Below are positions 14,580 to 28,196 of a DNA stretch of 64,000 nt, in pieces. Below the pieces are notes generated by a model, which had not been told where the DNA came from, ran no database searches, and saw only the letters and a program-made list of their open reading frames with translations. The DNA is from the human T2T-CHM13v2.0 reference genome, Homo sapiens. Numbering within the stretch: position 1 is the first letter of the stretch; every line of letters starts with the position of its first letter. The translations under genes and the position numbers were made by a program. Where the stretch lies: NCBI RefSeq assembly GCF_009914755.1, contig NC_060941.1. The stretch is one strand, 5' to 3'.

Positions 14580-15162
14580 GTTTTAGAGTATCTCTTGGAC
14601 TTACAGTGGACCACCCAGTAAGGATATGTGTGAATCCTTCTGCTGCCCTGCATAGATCTTGGTGAATGTATCTCCAGGGTTCTTTCTCCTTCTACATATG
14701 GTTTTTTGTGTGTGCACATGTTTTTTTCCATTGACTTCTTTATGTGCTGATGTCTCTCTTTGTCTTTTTTCTTTTTTTCTTTTTTGCCAAGGACCTTGCT
14801 TCTGGAGTAGGCAAGTCTGTTAGGACATTTAGAAACAAAAAGGATCAGTGAGCTCATTCCCCCTAAGTTCAGCCAGGACCACCAATGGTGAATCATGTGG
14901 ATCAGGACTAAACTTCCACTGGGAACAAATCATCAGCAGACTTTGCTGTCTTCTGGCTTTAGTGTTTGGTCTTTGCCATCTCTTGGCCATGAAAGTAGGA
15001 ACCTACTTCTAAGAGTCTTCTTGCTGAAGTTTGGTCAGTGTCCCAGTAAGAAGAGGGAGTGACACTTCACTCCCATAAGACTCTGCTGCATTTATGTTTG
15101 AAAATCCCTTTCCTGCTTTCCAAGTGTTCTTCTGAATACCCCATTGTTATAGTCATACTCAC

Positions 15163-15300
15163 CACCCTTTCTAGGGATTTAATGGCTAAATCAGATCTTT
15201 TTTCATGGCACGTCTCAAGGCGGACCCCAACCCTTATCTCAGCAGCTGATCTTTCCCACTGAAAACCTGGTGCCAGTGTGTCCCAGAACCCTCTCAGCCT
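15163..15300 (-). ncRNA. Candidate 138-nt internal exon
   Basis: Minus strand: tttcactttgtttactctgaagtactctctcag|AGG...GGGTG|gtgagt. Confidence 0.35.
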
Positions 15301-15789
15301 CTGAGAGAGTACTTCAGAGTAAACAAAGTGAAATACCAAGAGGATATTTACAGCCACTGACCAAACTCCCAATTTCCTTGGCTGGCTCTGGAGACAATGC
15401 AGTCCTGCATCAGCCCTCAACTGTACTGTCAGAAATTGATACGGGACCGAGATTGAGAAAATATTATGTTAAGCCATTCAATAGGCAAACAAAACATGGT
15501 CTTCCATTTCTTTAGAGGATCTGGGGCTAAATGTTTGTTTGTTTTCACAATGATATCATCAGTCATCGCAAATTCTGAGCCTCTCCTACCTAAACTTCCT
15601 GATCTATTTCCCAGGGACTCTTGAGAACCAGGCTTTGGAGCTGGGAGAGCCCATTGGCACCTAATACCTTGTGCTCCTCATGGCAAGGGAGATAGCTCTT
15701 CTCAGCAAGCTCTTGTCTACCAAGCTCCACTGTGCAAACTCATAAAACTCAATTCTCAGTGGAAGCATCTCATATATATTAATATATAG

Positions 15790-16141
15790 GTATTAGTCTG
15801 TTCTCATGCTACTAGTAAAGACATACCCAAGACTGCATAATTTATAAAGAAAAAGAGGTTTAATGGACTCAGTTTCACATGGCTGGGGAGGCCTCACAAT
15901 CATGGTGGAAGGCGAAAGAGGAACAAAGGCATGTCTTACCTGGCAGCAGGTAAGAGATTGTGTGCAGGGAGCTGCCCTTTATAAAACCATCAGATGTCAT
16001 GAGACTTATTCACCATTATGAAAATAGCACGAGAAAGACCCTCCCCCATGATTCAATTACCTCCCACTAGGTTCCTCCTATACATGGGAATTGTGGGAGC
16101 TACGATTCAAGATGAGATTTGGGTGGGGACACAGCCAAACC

Positions 16142-16143
<2 letters not shown>
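15790..16143 (-). mobile_element. THE1 (THE1B-like) solo LTR
   Basis: tattagtctgttctcatgct...aaagacatacccaagact...gagatttgggtggggacacagccaaacca. Confidence 0.92.

Positions 16144-16187
<44 letters not shown>
16144..16187. repeat. (TATC)11 tetranucleotide STR
   Basis: 11 perfect TATC units counted. Confidence 0.97.
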
Positions 16188-16188
<1 letters not shown>

Positions 16189-16979
16189 GTCTAGATGCTC
16201 TTCATGCCAAATGCCTCAAGACAAGTCCCTCTCTGGGCTAATATTATCAGTCAACTGATGCTGACAAATTGAAATCTCTAGATTTTGTTTTTCAGACCTG
16301 GAGGGAAAGGCAATCAACTACAGGGTATGCTTAAATTAGTTCCTTCTGCTTTCTAAGCAAATTCTTTCTCAAGAATCTAACCATGTATTAAGAATGCAAG
16401 ATAGTGTTTTAGCATCTGTAATGTGTAGCAGGATTCCATTAGATGCTTGCACTTGACCTTTATAGTTATGTTCACTTTTTCCCAACCTCACACCCAGGTG
16501 TTCATATATCCTCATTTCTTTGGTTTTGTTTGTTGAAACTAGAATGCCTTTCTCTTTGCCTTGCAAAAAGGCTTATCATCTCTTCAGGCTTGACTTAAAG
16601 AACCCTTCTTCAATCCATCCCTTAGGAGGTGTTGTACATAATCTTCAGCCTCCTTACCTCTATGTTTTCCATATCTTTTCCACAATTTGCTCTTTCTACC
16701 ATCACCTTTATGATATCCAGTGCTCTCTCCTAGAGCAGGAACCAGGGTCAGGCAAGTGAGGTGCCTAGGGTACAAGACGTAAGGAAGTGCTCACTTTCAG
16801 GGTTGTGCACTTCAGGTCTGAGCCCTGGGCATCTCACTCGCCTTGTCCTCATCCTGACCTGCTGTCCCAGAAAAATCCTCTTGAGAACGACTGTTATGAC
16901 TCATATCGATCTAAGTATAACTGCACTGCTTTACAAGCAAATCCTATGTGTAGACTGCTTTCTCTTGATTTTTCATTTT

Positions 16980-19600
16980 AAGATGTTAGCTAATGATCTC
17001 TTACCTGGGCACAAGACAGTTCAGCTCTCTTAGAACTGTCCCCTACACCAGGCACACATGCTTTTCTCCCTACATTCTTACAACGTGATCACATCCCAAT
17101 TTCACAATTTTGGGTTAAACAGTCTATGTTTACATTATCACGAACACTTAAGCATTATTATAGCTAAGTCTGTAGAATATAGTGTTTGCATTTCCTTCCT
17201 CTATAACTTTTTGCTTTTCTTAGAATTAAAGATTTCTTTAACGTTTTGTGTTTGCTTCATTTTTCAATTACCTACCATAACTGAAGCATAAATCATTGTC
17301 AGAACTGCAAAAGTCCTTTCAATAAGGCTTAAACACCAGGAAACCTACTGATTCCATCTCCTCTCACCTTGCTCCCCCAGCCCCTGAGTCCCCTACTCTG
17401 CACACTAGAGTGCCGGATCTCTGGGCTTGCTACTCAGCAGGCACAGTGAGTTTGCCCTTCATCTTTCTCCTGGGAATTGCTTCCCATCTCTGGTGCCTCA
17501 TCTTTGTGTCCTCAATCTCAGGATTTTGTCATTCTTGATTTATTCTGTCTTTGGACAGAACACATCTTTGAGACCTTGCATGTACAACCATGTCTTTATT
17601 CTCTCCTCATACTTGATCGATAATTTGGGAATAGAATTCTGGGTTCAGATTACTTTCTCCAATAGCTTTGAAGCATTGCTTCATGGTCTTTTGGCTCCCA
17701 GCACTACTACGCAAAAGTTTGGTTCCTAATACTTGTATGTTGCTTTTCCCTTCTCTTTGGAAACTTTTAGGATCTTCTCTTTAGCCTAGTTTCTGAAATT
17801 TTAGGATGATGTATCTTGGGCTACTGTTGGGCACTCAGTATTTTGTTTTTCTTTTGGTTTAAATCTGGACATTTAGTTCTGGGAATTTCTCTTGTATTTG
17901 TATTTTGAAAGTTTCCTTCCTTCTATTGTTTTCTTTTTCCCCCCATTTCTCTTTCTAAAATTCTTATCAGTCGAATGTTGACTCTTGTTCCAGTTATCTA
18001 TTGATATAAACCATCTCAAAGCTAAGTAGCTTAAAACAGTAGCAGTCGTTTATTTGGCTCACAAGTCTGCAATTCAGAGACTCCTCAGTTGGCGTAGCTT
18101 TTTCTCTGCTTTATGTGGCATCACTGGGTTATCTCCATTGGGAAAAGAATATCTGCTTCCAAGATGGGTCAGTCACAGGGCTGGCAGGGTGGTGGTGGCT
18201 CTTGATTGGGGGCTTTGGTACTTTCCACATGAGACTCCATGGCGCTGCTTGAACTTTCTCAGAGATGATGTCTGGGTTCTAGATATTACAGGAGGCCTGG
18301 ATAGAAATTGCAGGGCTTCCTATGACCTGGCCTTGGAAGTCCCACAGTATCATGTCTACCAAATTCTATTGGTCAAGCAAATCACTAAGACCAGCTCAAT
18401 TTCAAGGGCAGGGGATTAGACTCTACCTCTCAATGAGAGGAATAGCAAAAAATTTGTAGCCATCTTTAATCTACCATAGCACTCATTCCTCTAATTTTTA
18501 TATATTTCTCCCATATTTTTCCATTTCTGATTTTTCCTTAGATTTTTAGATTTTCTCAACTTTATTTTCCAACCATTCAATTGACTTTTAACAGCAACAA
18601 AAAAGTTAACCATATTGGTGTATTTCCATGAACTCGTCCCTGAACTCATCAGTTCTTGCTCTATAGACACAATATTTTTTCATATTATCTGAGGATGGAG
18701 GTTGCAGTTTGTTAGTTTTGGTTTTCTTCTGCTCCATGCAAATTCTCCCTTTTTCCTATTATTTTTCTGTCAATTTGTCTTTTATGTTAGAGACTCTTCT
18801 CAAACTTTTGGCATTCTTTGGCTTAGATGCTGACAAGGAACTCTGGGTGCAAAGGACAAGTATGTTGACTCTTAGGCATCATGATAGGGTGATCAGGTCT
18901 GGGCCAGCTTTTTCATCAGATGAAATGTTAGTATCTGTAGGTGCTTTTCTGGGATCAGCCCAGAGAGAAGAAATATCTACATCCTGTCTAGGGAGTATCT
19001 TAAGACTGCCTGACAGAGACAGTCTGGGAGCTACAGAGTCAAAAAGAGCTAAGAGTCTTACCAAGCAAAATGCAGACATTCATTTTTATAGTCCTGTTTT
19101 TGGTATGACACTTCACCCTGCTCCCATCTGCACCTGACATCCGCAGTTCGTAGCTACTGTGGTTCACTGCTCCAGAGATCCAGCCTCCAATTTTTAGTCT
19201 GGCTTGGGGAGGAACTCCCCTGGTTGCTTAGGAGTAAGGAGAGGGTGAGGGGAATCAACTGCCCTATATACAGACTGTCAACCCATCCTGTTTTCAGTCT
19301 TATGGCTCAATTCTGCTCTCAGAGGTATCTAGTATCTCAAATTCCAGAGCCTTTCTAGACTCCAAATCAGCTTAGCTTATTTTGATTTTCTCTTAGCAGT
19401 CTTCGGTTTCACTTTCTTCTTTAGTAAATCTGTAACCACACAATTATCCTTTTTAATCTTCAAAAATGTTGTTAACATTAAAAAAATTTATTGTCCTTTT
19501 TTCTATTCTCTTTGTCTTTATGAGTTTTCACCTTTTCCCCCATTACCATCATTTTATTAAGGTTTTGAAAGGGCAGGGAAGTAAATATGTGTTGAGTTTG
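16980..19600 (-). mobile_element. HAL1 / old L1M ORF1-region remnant
   Basis: gtctttattctctcctcatacttgat...atagaattctgggtt...ctttgaagcattgcttcatggtctt; interrupted by an MLT1 LTR. Confidence 0.55.
17986..18478 (-). mobile_element. MaLR LTR (MLT1H-like)
   Basis: tgttccagttatctattg...gcttaaaaca...ctattggtcaagcaaatcactaag...ccatctttaatctacca. Confidence 0.8.
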
Positions 19601-19909
19601 ACATGTTTAACCAGAAATCTGCCTGTATATTTTCCCCTGGTGAGGAACAGTTGAGTGTTTCTTTTGAGATAAAAACAATCTCCTTCTAGATGACCCTGAG
19701 GAGATCCAAGGAGTGGGCTGAAGAGTCCCTCCTTTTTGACCTGCAGGATAAAAGTGTACTTAGTACTACTCTAGAAAGTGTGTAAGCAGCTAGCAGCCCT
19801 GGCTGCTGTGGGGCCCCACAGATTCACTTCTCACACAGAGACAGGCAGAGTCACATACAGCCTAAGTCCTCTGGGTGCCTCCAATTCAGGGACCAAACAA
19901 AAACCACAG

Positions 19910-20150
19910 CCAACATGTTTTGGATGTGTAAGTCACTAGGCTAAGCAATTACATGTGATGTGTCTCATTTAATTCTCATAACAACCTTATGAGGAATGTA
20001 TTATTATTATTAAACTGTACCTCTATTTTAGAGATAAAAGCATCTGAGCCACAGAAAATTCTTAGCACCTTTCCAAGACCACAAGTCTTGGAAAGTACGT
20101 GGCAGAGCAACCCAGGAGGTCTACTTTTCAGACTACTCTGTTGTTACTCC
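19910..20150 (-). mobile_element. MIR SINE
   Basis: tctcatttaattctcataacaaccttatgagg. Confidence 0.75.
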
Positions 20151-20386
20151 ACTTTGCCTCTTACTTGTTCATCACTTGTGTGAAGTGGGAATCCAGTTAC
20201 CTCTCTTGTCTGGGGACCATCACATGTGGGCCAGAGATTTTTGTCCCTGGCCTGGGTGTTGAAGCCAGGAGAGACCCATCAACCTTTCAAATATGAAACT
20301 AAGATATATGGGAAAATGTTATCTTGGGCCACTGTCAGTTGGGTGAGGAAGATGAAGATTGGAGCATGGAGGATGGGAGAGAATCA

Positions 20387-20960
<574 letters not shown>

Positions 20961-21461
20961 GGACCTAACTCAAGCCTAGTTCCCTTTTTAAGGGAAGATT
21001 TGATTGTTCTCAGTTAAAAAAAAAAATCTACTATGGAAATCCTTTATCACATGGTTCGGTATGTATCAGGCCTTAGAATGGGCTAAGAGGTAAAAATGAT
21101 CTGGCTTTTATTAAAAGTGGACATTATCTATAGATCTCGAGCAAATGACTTTACTTCAGGTTTCCCACCTGCTAGATGGAGGTAATAACATCTTTCACGT
21201 AGACATAACAAACATAAAATAGGGATTATGCCACACAAGGACTTCCAGTATCTGCTTAGGGTCTAACTGCTGAGGAGTCAGGGCAGTGGGACTAGGGGGT
21301 TCTGAGATATTACAGGATTTCCGGAACTGAGGCAAAGGAAGAAAGTTAAGAAGGCTCTTGGCTGTGCCTGGTGAGAGGAGAGACTAGATGGCTCCTACTG
21401 TGAGGGTGAAGAAGGCTTTCGCAGGACAGAGTCCAGTCACAGTGGAGCAGCATGGTGTAGT

Positions 21462-21621
21462 GCACCTTCTCAATCTTTAGTGTGCACACGGATCTCTCAG
21501 GGGTGGTGGTAAAAAGCAAATTCTGATTTTCAGGGTCAGGAGTGGGACCTAAGATTCTGCCTTTCTTATAAGCTTCCCGGGATTGCAGCCTGCTGGTCCT
21601 GGGACCAAAATCTGAGTTGCA
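21462..21621. mobile_element. MER5A (hAT-Charlie) inside a MIR
   Basis: ttctcaatcttt...gggacctaagattctgcctttcttataagcttcccgg...gctggtcctgggacca. Confidence 0.75.
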
Positions 21622-21760
21622 GAGTTGAGGAAAAGTCAGAAGATGTGGGCCTGACTAATTGTGGCATCTGTGGCAAGCCACTTACAGTCGTTCTACGGCC
21701 TGGTTGATTCTCAGATTCTTTATCTTTAAAATGAGGGAATATAGCACCGAAGCAGAGATA

Positions 21761-22053
21761 TTTATTTTTTGAGATAGGGCCTTTCTCTGTTGCCCACGCT
21801 AGAGTGTAGTGGCATGACTGTGGCTCACTGCATCCTCGACCACCTGGGCCTGAGATCCTCCTTCCTCAGCCTCCTGCATAGCTAGGACTACAGGGCGTGC
21901 CACCAGGTCCAGCTAATTTTTAGGTTTTTTTTTGTAGAAATGGGGTCTCCCTATGTTGCCCAGGTTAGTCTCAAATCCTGGGCTCGCATGATTCTCCTGC
22001 CTCCTTGGCTTCCCAAAATGCTGGGATTACAGTGTGAACCATTACACCTAACC
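21761..22053 (-). mobile_element. Alu SINE (AluJ)
   Basis: Dimer with J-type gatcctcc/ctcaaatcctgggctc; TSD agagatattta. Confidence 0.93.
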
Positions 22054-22118
22054 AGAGATATTTAGATGTGTACTTTGCTTTGAATGTTTGTAAAAGTGTT
22101 TGGGAAATTTTAAGGCAC

Positions 22119-22491
22119 TGATATGGTTTGGCTTCGTGTCCCCACCCAAATCTCATCTTGAATTTTAATCGCCACATGATGAGGGAGTAACCTGGTGGGA
22201 GGTGATTGGATCATGGAGGCGGTTTCCCCCATGCTGTTCTCATGTTAGTGAGTGAGTTCTCATGAGATCTGATGGTTTTATAAGTGTTTGGCAGTTTCTC
22301 CTTTGCTGTCTCTCCCTCTCGCCTGCCACCATGTAAGACATGCCTTGCTTCCCCTTTGCCTTCCACCATGATTGTAAGTTTCCTGAAGCTTCCCCAGCCA
22401 TGTAGAACTGTGAGTCAGTTAAACCTCTTTTCTTTATAAATTACCCAGTCTCAGGCAGTCCTTTATAGCAGTGTGAGAACTGACTAATACA
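22119..22491 (+). mobile_element. THE1D-like solo LTR
   Basis: TG...CA termini (tgatatggtttggc...gactaataca) with perfect 5-bp TSD ggcac at 22114 and 22492. Confidence 0.95.
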
Positions 22492-23199
22492 GGCACCATT
22501 TAAATTTAAGAGGCTATTTCTATTGTGTCTGTTTAATAAGCAATTTATTCTGAATCCAGCAAACTCAATATGTGGCTTATAACAGAGTTTGGATTTCTAA
22601 AGTTTTAAGGAAACATGTTAATGGGTTAATTTTGTTTTCTTTAAACCAAAAGCACTCCCTATCTCTTCCATTTAAGACATTTATGAAATTACAGTGGTCT
22701 TTGAGGATTTGCTTCTTCTTACTTTAAAATTCTTCTGACTTGACATAATGGAAGTTATTTGATCAATCAGAAATTCCTGGAATTGGCAAAGCCTGTATCC
22801 ATTTCCAGGAGAACTCAAATGGCTTCAATTTATGGTGACTTGAAAATGGAGATGAAGAAAAGGGCTATGAGTAGAATTTAAGAAAAACTTATGACGTAGG
22901 AAATGAATAAATAAAACTAAAGAAAATTACACCTATCATAACAAAGAGATAGTGATTTTTAAGAAGGCCTTTGTAAATTTTAAAGCACTATAAAATGTCT
23001 AATATTTGACTATCAAGATAATAAAATTCAGAAAAATCTCTGGGGTCAGAACTCAATACATAATTTATACTGATCAGATTCAATTAGCATAATGCTTTCT
23101 GCTCTGAACTTTCAGCTAATTTAATGATTGTAATAGTAACAATAATAATGATTGTCATTGCTAAAAGAGATGCTATATGTAATTAGAAAGAGATAAATT

Positions 23200-24170
23200 G
23201 AAGGAAAGACTGATAAGCAAAAAAGGGCAGAAGTCGCTGGCTTTTAAAATTACCAGCCCTTCAAATGGAAATCAATGCTAAAATCAAGGTATGGTTTCAA
23301 GATCAAATCTAGGGCACTTCCAGGAAAACATCATCTAAATATGAAGCGGAGCCTGGAATTATGAAATTCTTTAAGATCTCAAAAAAATTCAAGGACACTT
23401 TCATCAAACAATAGTGCTTCTAAGGCTGTTGCCCCTCAGGAACTTCATCAGAGCCAAAGGTAGAGAAGGGCAGATCTCGAAGACATTTGTGAGTATGGCT
23501 TTTGTCTAATGGAGTAAAGCCTAATAAAATTTATAGAAGACTCACAACATTGTTAAGATAATAACATTGTCAGAAACACTGTTTGCTTAGAGTGAAAGGG
23601 GAATAGATAATATGGAATGAAAAAAAATCAGCTGAACCCCAAAACTTCTATAAGCAGCAAATAGCCTGAGAATACTAGTGAATTGCAAATTTGAGCTCTT
23701 TTTCAAGGAAAAAGAAGGCCAGAAATCAAGAGCCCAAAAGCTCTTGATAATACTCCAAGAACCATGGATTAGACCTAGAGCCTAATCAAGGAACTGCTAA
23801 CATGTATTCTAATCGATTTTAGAATTGCTATGTATGGATACTCCTGTAAGCCTCCTTCCCCCCACCTTTTTTGAATGGGAAAGTCTATTACGATCATCCT
23901 ATATCATCCCACTATTGTGTGTTGGGGGTGGAAAAACTTGTCTCTATAGTTCACAGATTTATAGATCAAAGGGACCTGTACTTGAGTGAGCAGCTGATCT
24001 TCTGGGACCATACCCAAGGGAGCCTCATTTGCACTGGGACACAATTTAGATGACAAAATCTTAGACCTGGGTGCTGTAATGGGATGAAAATGTTAGATGC
24101 CCTGGAAGGGAGTCTGTGTATTTTGCATGTGGGATGAATATAAGCAATTCGTGGTCTGATGGGAGACTGA
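23200..24170 (+). mobile_element. MaLR internal sequence (MLT1-int-like)
   Basis: ttttgaatgggaaagtctatt...cctatatcatcccactattgtgtgttggg...tattttgcatgtggga, directly upstream of an MLT1 LTR. Confidence 0.6.
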
Positions 24171-24409
24171 GGGAAGAGGGTCTAAAATGGGTACACAAGT
24201 TCTCCGACATGCCGCACTTCAAAAGGTGCGTCTTAGGTCTTCTCCCTTCGAATTTAGGATGGAACTTGGTGACTCACTTCCAATGAGTAGAATGTAGCAG
24301 ATGTGAGGCTCTGACTCTGGAAAGGTCATTAAAATAACAGATGACATCTGGCACTCTCTCTTTTGAGTTCTGCTCTGCCTTATTGTGAAGATATTCAAGC
24401 AGCATTTAA

Positions 24410-24552
24410 AAAAATTTAAATAAAAAAAAATTTTTTGGGATGGGGTCTGGCTATGTTCCCCAGGCTGGCCGTGAGCTCCTGGGCTCAAGCGATCCTCCCA
24501 CCTTGATCTCCCAAAGTGCTGGATTACAGGAGTGAGCCACCACTCCCGACCT
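24410..24552 (-). mobile_element. Alu monomer (FLAM-like)
   Basis: Single left arm; TSD tcaagcagc on both sides. Confidence 0.85.
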
Positions 24553-24699
24553 CAAGCAGCCTTTTGTAGAGCCTTTTTTGTGGAGAGACTTAAGCCTCCC
24601 ACCAACAACCAGCACTGATTTGCCTGCCTGGTGAGTAAGCCACCTTGAAAGTAAATCTTTCAATCTCAGTTGAGACTTCTAATGACTAAATCCCCACCC

Positions 24700-26335
24700 A
24701 GTCACAGCATCAGTGGAGTATATTTGACATATTATAGAATTGAACCGCTTCAGGTGTTACAATTCAATGATTTTTAGTAACTTTATTGAGTGATGCAACC
24801 ATCACAATTAATCAATTTGGGAACATTTCATCCTCTCAATCATATTCCTCATGCCAATTTATAATAATACCCCTTCCCTCATCTCCCCTTAAGCAACCAT
24901 TAATTTACTTTCTGCATCTATAATTTTGCCTTCTCTAGACATTTCATATAAATGGGATAATAACATGTGGTCAATTGTGTCTTGTTTCTTTCATTTAACA
25001 TAATGTATTTGAGGTTCACCCACATTGTAGTGTTTATTAGTAGTTTGTTCCTTTCTTTCTTTGCTGAATAGCATTCAATTCTATGAATATATCACATTTT
25101 ATTTTATTGATGACATTTGGGATTTTTACTTTTTTGCTCTTATGAATTTTCACACGTAAGTCTTTTTGTGCACATGTTTTCCCAATATAACTATGTTTAA
25201 CTACTTGAAGAATTGCAAAAGTTTTCTACAGTGGTGCTGCATCCTTTTATAATCCCACCAGCAGTGTATGAGTGTTTCTATTTCTCCACATTGTTACCAA
25301 CATTTATTATTAATTGTCTAACTTATCGTAGCTTATTTAGTGAGTGGGAAATGGTATCTCACTGTGGTTTAAATTTGCATTTCCCTAATGACTAATGATG
25401 TTGAACATCTTTTCACGCACTTGTTAGCTATTCATATATCTTCTTTGGTGAAATGTCTGTTTACATCTTTTATCTGTTTTGTGATTGGGTTGTTTGTCTT
25501 TATTGTTGAGTTCGAAGTGTTCTTTGTAAATTCTTGATGCAAGTCCTTTATCAGATAAGTGTTTTGCAAATATTTTTCTCTTTGTCTGTTGCTTATCTTT
25601 TTATTTTCTGAGTGGAGTCTTTTGTTTGAAGTGCCAATGTTTTAAATTTTCATGAGGTCCAATGTATACTTTTTTTTTCTTTTGTGGACCATGTTTTTAG
25701 TGTTGTATCTATGAATTATTTGCTTAACCTAAGATCTTGAATATTTTCTCCTAAACATTTTATTGCTTTAGCACTTACATTTAAATCTGTGATCCATTTT
25801 GAGTTAATTTATGTGTATTGTATAAGGTGAGGGTCTAAGTTCAATTTCCTTGGCACCACTTTAAATTTTTTTAATTTTTAATTTTTTAAATTGACATATA
25901 ATATTTGCACATATTTGGCATACACAGTGATGTTGAGATGTATGTATATAATGTGTAGTGATCAGATAAGGTTAATTAGCATACATAGCATCTCAAACAT
26001 TTACCATTTCTTTGTGTTGGGAACATTCAATATCCTCCTTCTAGCTATTTGAAATTTTATAACATAATATTGCTAACTATAGTCACCCTACAGTGTCAGC
26101 CCCATTTTTGAACTACTGTTTCCCCAATGAAGTGCCTTGCTCCCTTGTCAAAAGTGATTTGGCCATAAATCTAAGGATTTATTTATGGAACAGTGCCACA
26201 TTGTTCCTGATAATTATAGCTTTATTAAAGTAAGCTTGGAAATTAGGATGGGAAATTCCTCTAACTTTTTTTTCAAATTGTTTTGTCTATTCTAGGTGTT
26301 TGCATTTCCATATACATTTTAGGATGTGCTTGTCA
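24700..26335 (-). mobile_element. L1MB-type LINE 3' portion
   Basis: acaattcaatgatttttagtaa...ggtatctcactgtggtttaaatttgcatttccctaatgactaatgatgttgaacatctttt. Confidence 0.88.
25860..26095 (-). mobile_element. L1MA-type 3' end nested in L1MB
   Basis: tttctttgtgttgggaacattcaatatcctccttctagctatttgaaa. Confidence 0.85.
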
Positions 26336-26694
26336 ACCTGCTCAATATTTTGACAGCAGTCTCCTGGGAGACCCTGAGCCAGAACTGTCAGCTAAGTTAT
26401 TCTGGGTCCTTGACCCACAGAAACCGTCAGGGATGATAATCATAAATGTTAGTTTTTATTTTAAGCCACAAAATTTTGGGTAATTTGCTTCACAGCAACA
26501 GATGACTAATACAACCACCCAACTTTATTTAGCGTGTCCTGGCATGACATGTGGTACCTCTAAAAATCATGCTGCTTTCAGATTTGAAGATTTACTGCTA
26601 TTGAGGAAAAGCAAAAAATAAGTGGCAGATGGTAGAAGCAGATGAGCTAGGGAGAAGAGGGAGGAATGAGGAATGGGGTAGAGGAGATCTGCAG

Positions 26695-26807
26695 CAGTGG
26701 TTGGCAAGCTATGGCCTGAGGGCCAACAGGGCCAGAGCCTGTTTAAGAATGCTTTTTATATTTTTAAAACACTGTGACCCTTTACAGAAAAAGTTTGCTG
26801 ACCCCTG
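26695..26807. mobile_element. MER58-like hAT MITE, internally deleted
   Basis: cagtggttggcaagctatggcc...ccctttacagaaaaagtttgctgacccctg followed by gtctagag (hAT-type target). Confidence 0.75.
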
Positions 26808-27050
26808 GTCTAGAGTGCTGAAAAAGGGTCTGGATGGAAGATAAACATTGTGGAGTTATCAGCATCTAGGTAATATTGGCAATTATGAGAAGGGATGGTT
26901 TGATATGTATATCTCAGTTGTGTTTCCTAGGTCTGTTGCCACTGGAGAGGAAATATATTCTTGGGTCCCCCAGGCAAAAGATCAGATATGTAAGTCATCA
27001 TTTGGGACTACCCCTACCTACCCCAGGGATGAGGGAAATGCATAACTTAC

Positions 27051-27466
27051 CTATATCCATTCCCAGCAGGCTGAGAGTCTTATTACCACCAGTAAGGCTT
27101 GGGCTCTCTGGGAAAACTGCAGTCCTTCAAGGTGTGGGCCTGTACTTAGCAAGCCATGGGGCAAGTGAAGACTTCCAAAGGATGACTCATCTCAGCTGGC
27201 TGTTGGCTCCATCTCCCCATTTTCCCTTTGTGTCCAAGGCCTGCCTCCTTGGCCGGCATCCTCCAAGGAGGCTGGGCACGTGCCTGTGGTTTCCAAAGTC
27301 ATTTGGACTTAGCCCTCCAAAGCCCAAGAGTAAGAGAGGACACCCAGTTGGGCCTGTGTCCACCCAAGTTGGCTGACTGTTCTGAACCTGAATTACTATG
27401 ATAACTGAAAGTACATAAATGGCCCCTGATAACATCTGTGTGGGTTTTTGTATAAGTCCTTAGGAC
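27051..27466 (-). ncRNA. Candidate exon in unique, GC-richer sequence
   Basis: Minus strand acceptor cttttgttcttcag|G at 27467 and donor TAG|gtaagt at 27050. Confidence 0.25.
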
Positions 27467-27843
27467 CTGAAGAACAAAAGTATTCCGTTTGCCAGATGCC
27501 ACATTCTGTGGATTTACCCACCACAAATCTTTCCAAGCACCATGATCTCAGCATGCTCATGATCTATATTCAACCTTCTCTGCCTTATAGTTTGTAAATC
27601 CCTGCAGCTGTAGGTGAAGTCAATCTTTTCTCTTTCTGCTTGCAGTTAAATGGAAATCAGCTCTTCAATTCACACTTAATTTTCAATGGAAAGGACCCAG
27701 TTCCATTTTATTTAGTGCAAATAGCAAATGGCAAAGATACAGATTTCATTAATTGCTTGTGTTCCCAGGGAGATGGAAGATGGGATGCTAGACATTTCTG
27801 AAGATCTCTCTGGTGTGATGGAAAGAGCTCCAGACTTGGGGTC

Positions 27844-28196
27844 TGTCTTAGTCTGTTTGGGCTCTCATAATAAAATACTGGGTAACTTACAAACAGCAGA
27901 AATCTATTGCTCACAGTTCTAGAGGCTGGAAAGTCTAAGATGAAAGCACCAGCGGATTCGGTGTCTGGTGAGAGTCTTTTTCCTCATAAACAGGGTCTTT
28001 TACTTGTGTCCTCAAGTGGTGGAAGGGTGACAAACTCCCCCAGGCCTCTTTTATAACTGCATTAATGGCTTTCATGAGGCAGAGTCTTCATGACTTACTC
28101 ACTTCCCAAAGGCCCTACTCCTTAATACTATCACATTGGGGCTCAGGATTTCAACATGTAAATTTTGGTGGGACACAAAACATTTAGACCATAGCA
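27844..28196 (-). mobile_element. MaLR solo LTR (MSTD/MLT1A-like)
   Basis: tgtcttagtctgtttgggct...gacacaaaacatttagaccatagca; TSD g(g/t)gtc. Confidence 0.88.

Larger units (their letters stand above)
24170..26512 (+). mobile_element. MLT1F/E-like LTR split by FLAM and L1 insertions
   Basis: Pieces at 24170-24405, 24552-24700 and 26340-26512 (gagaccctgagccaga...ttttaagccac...taatttgcttcacagcaacagatgactaataca). Confidence 0.8.

Noticed and set aside
26876-27376. 166-aa plus ORF
   Set aside because: Non-ATG start, no homology I can recognise, and length attainable by chance in GC-richer DNA
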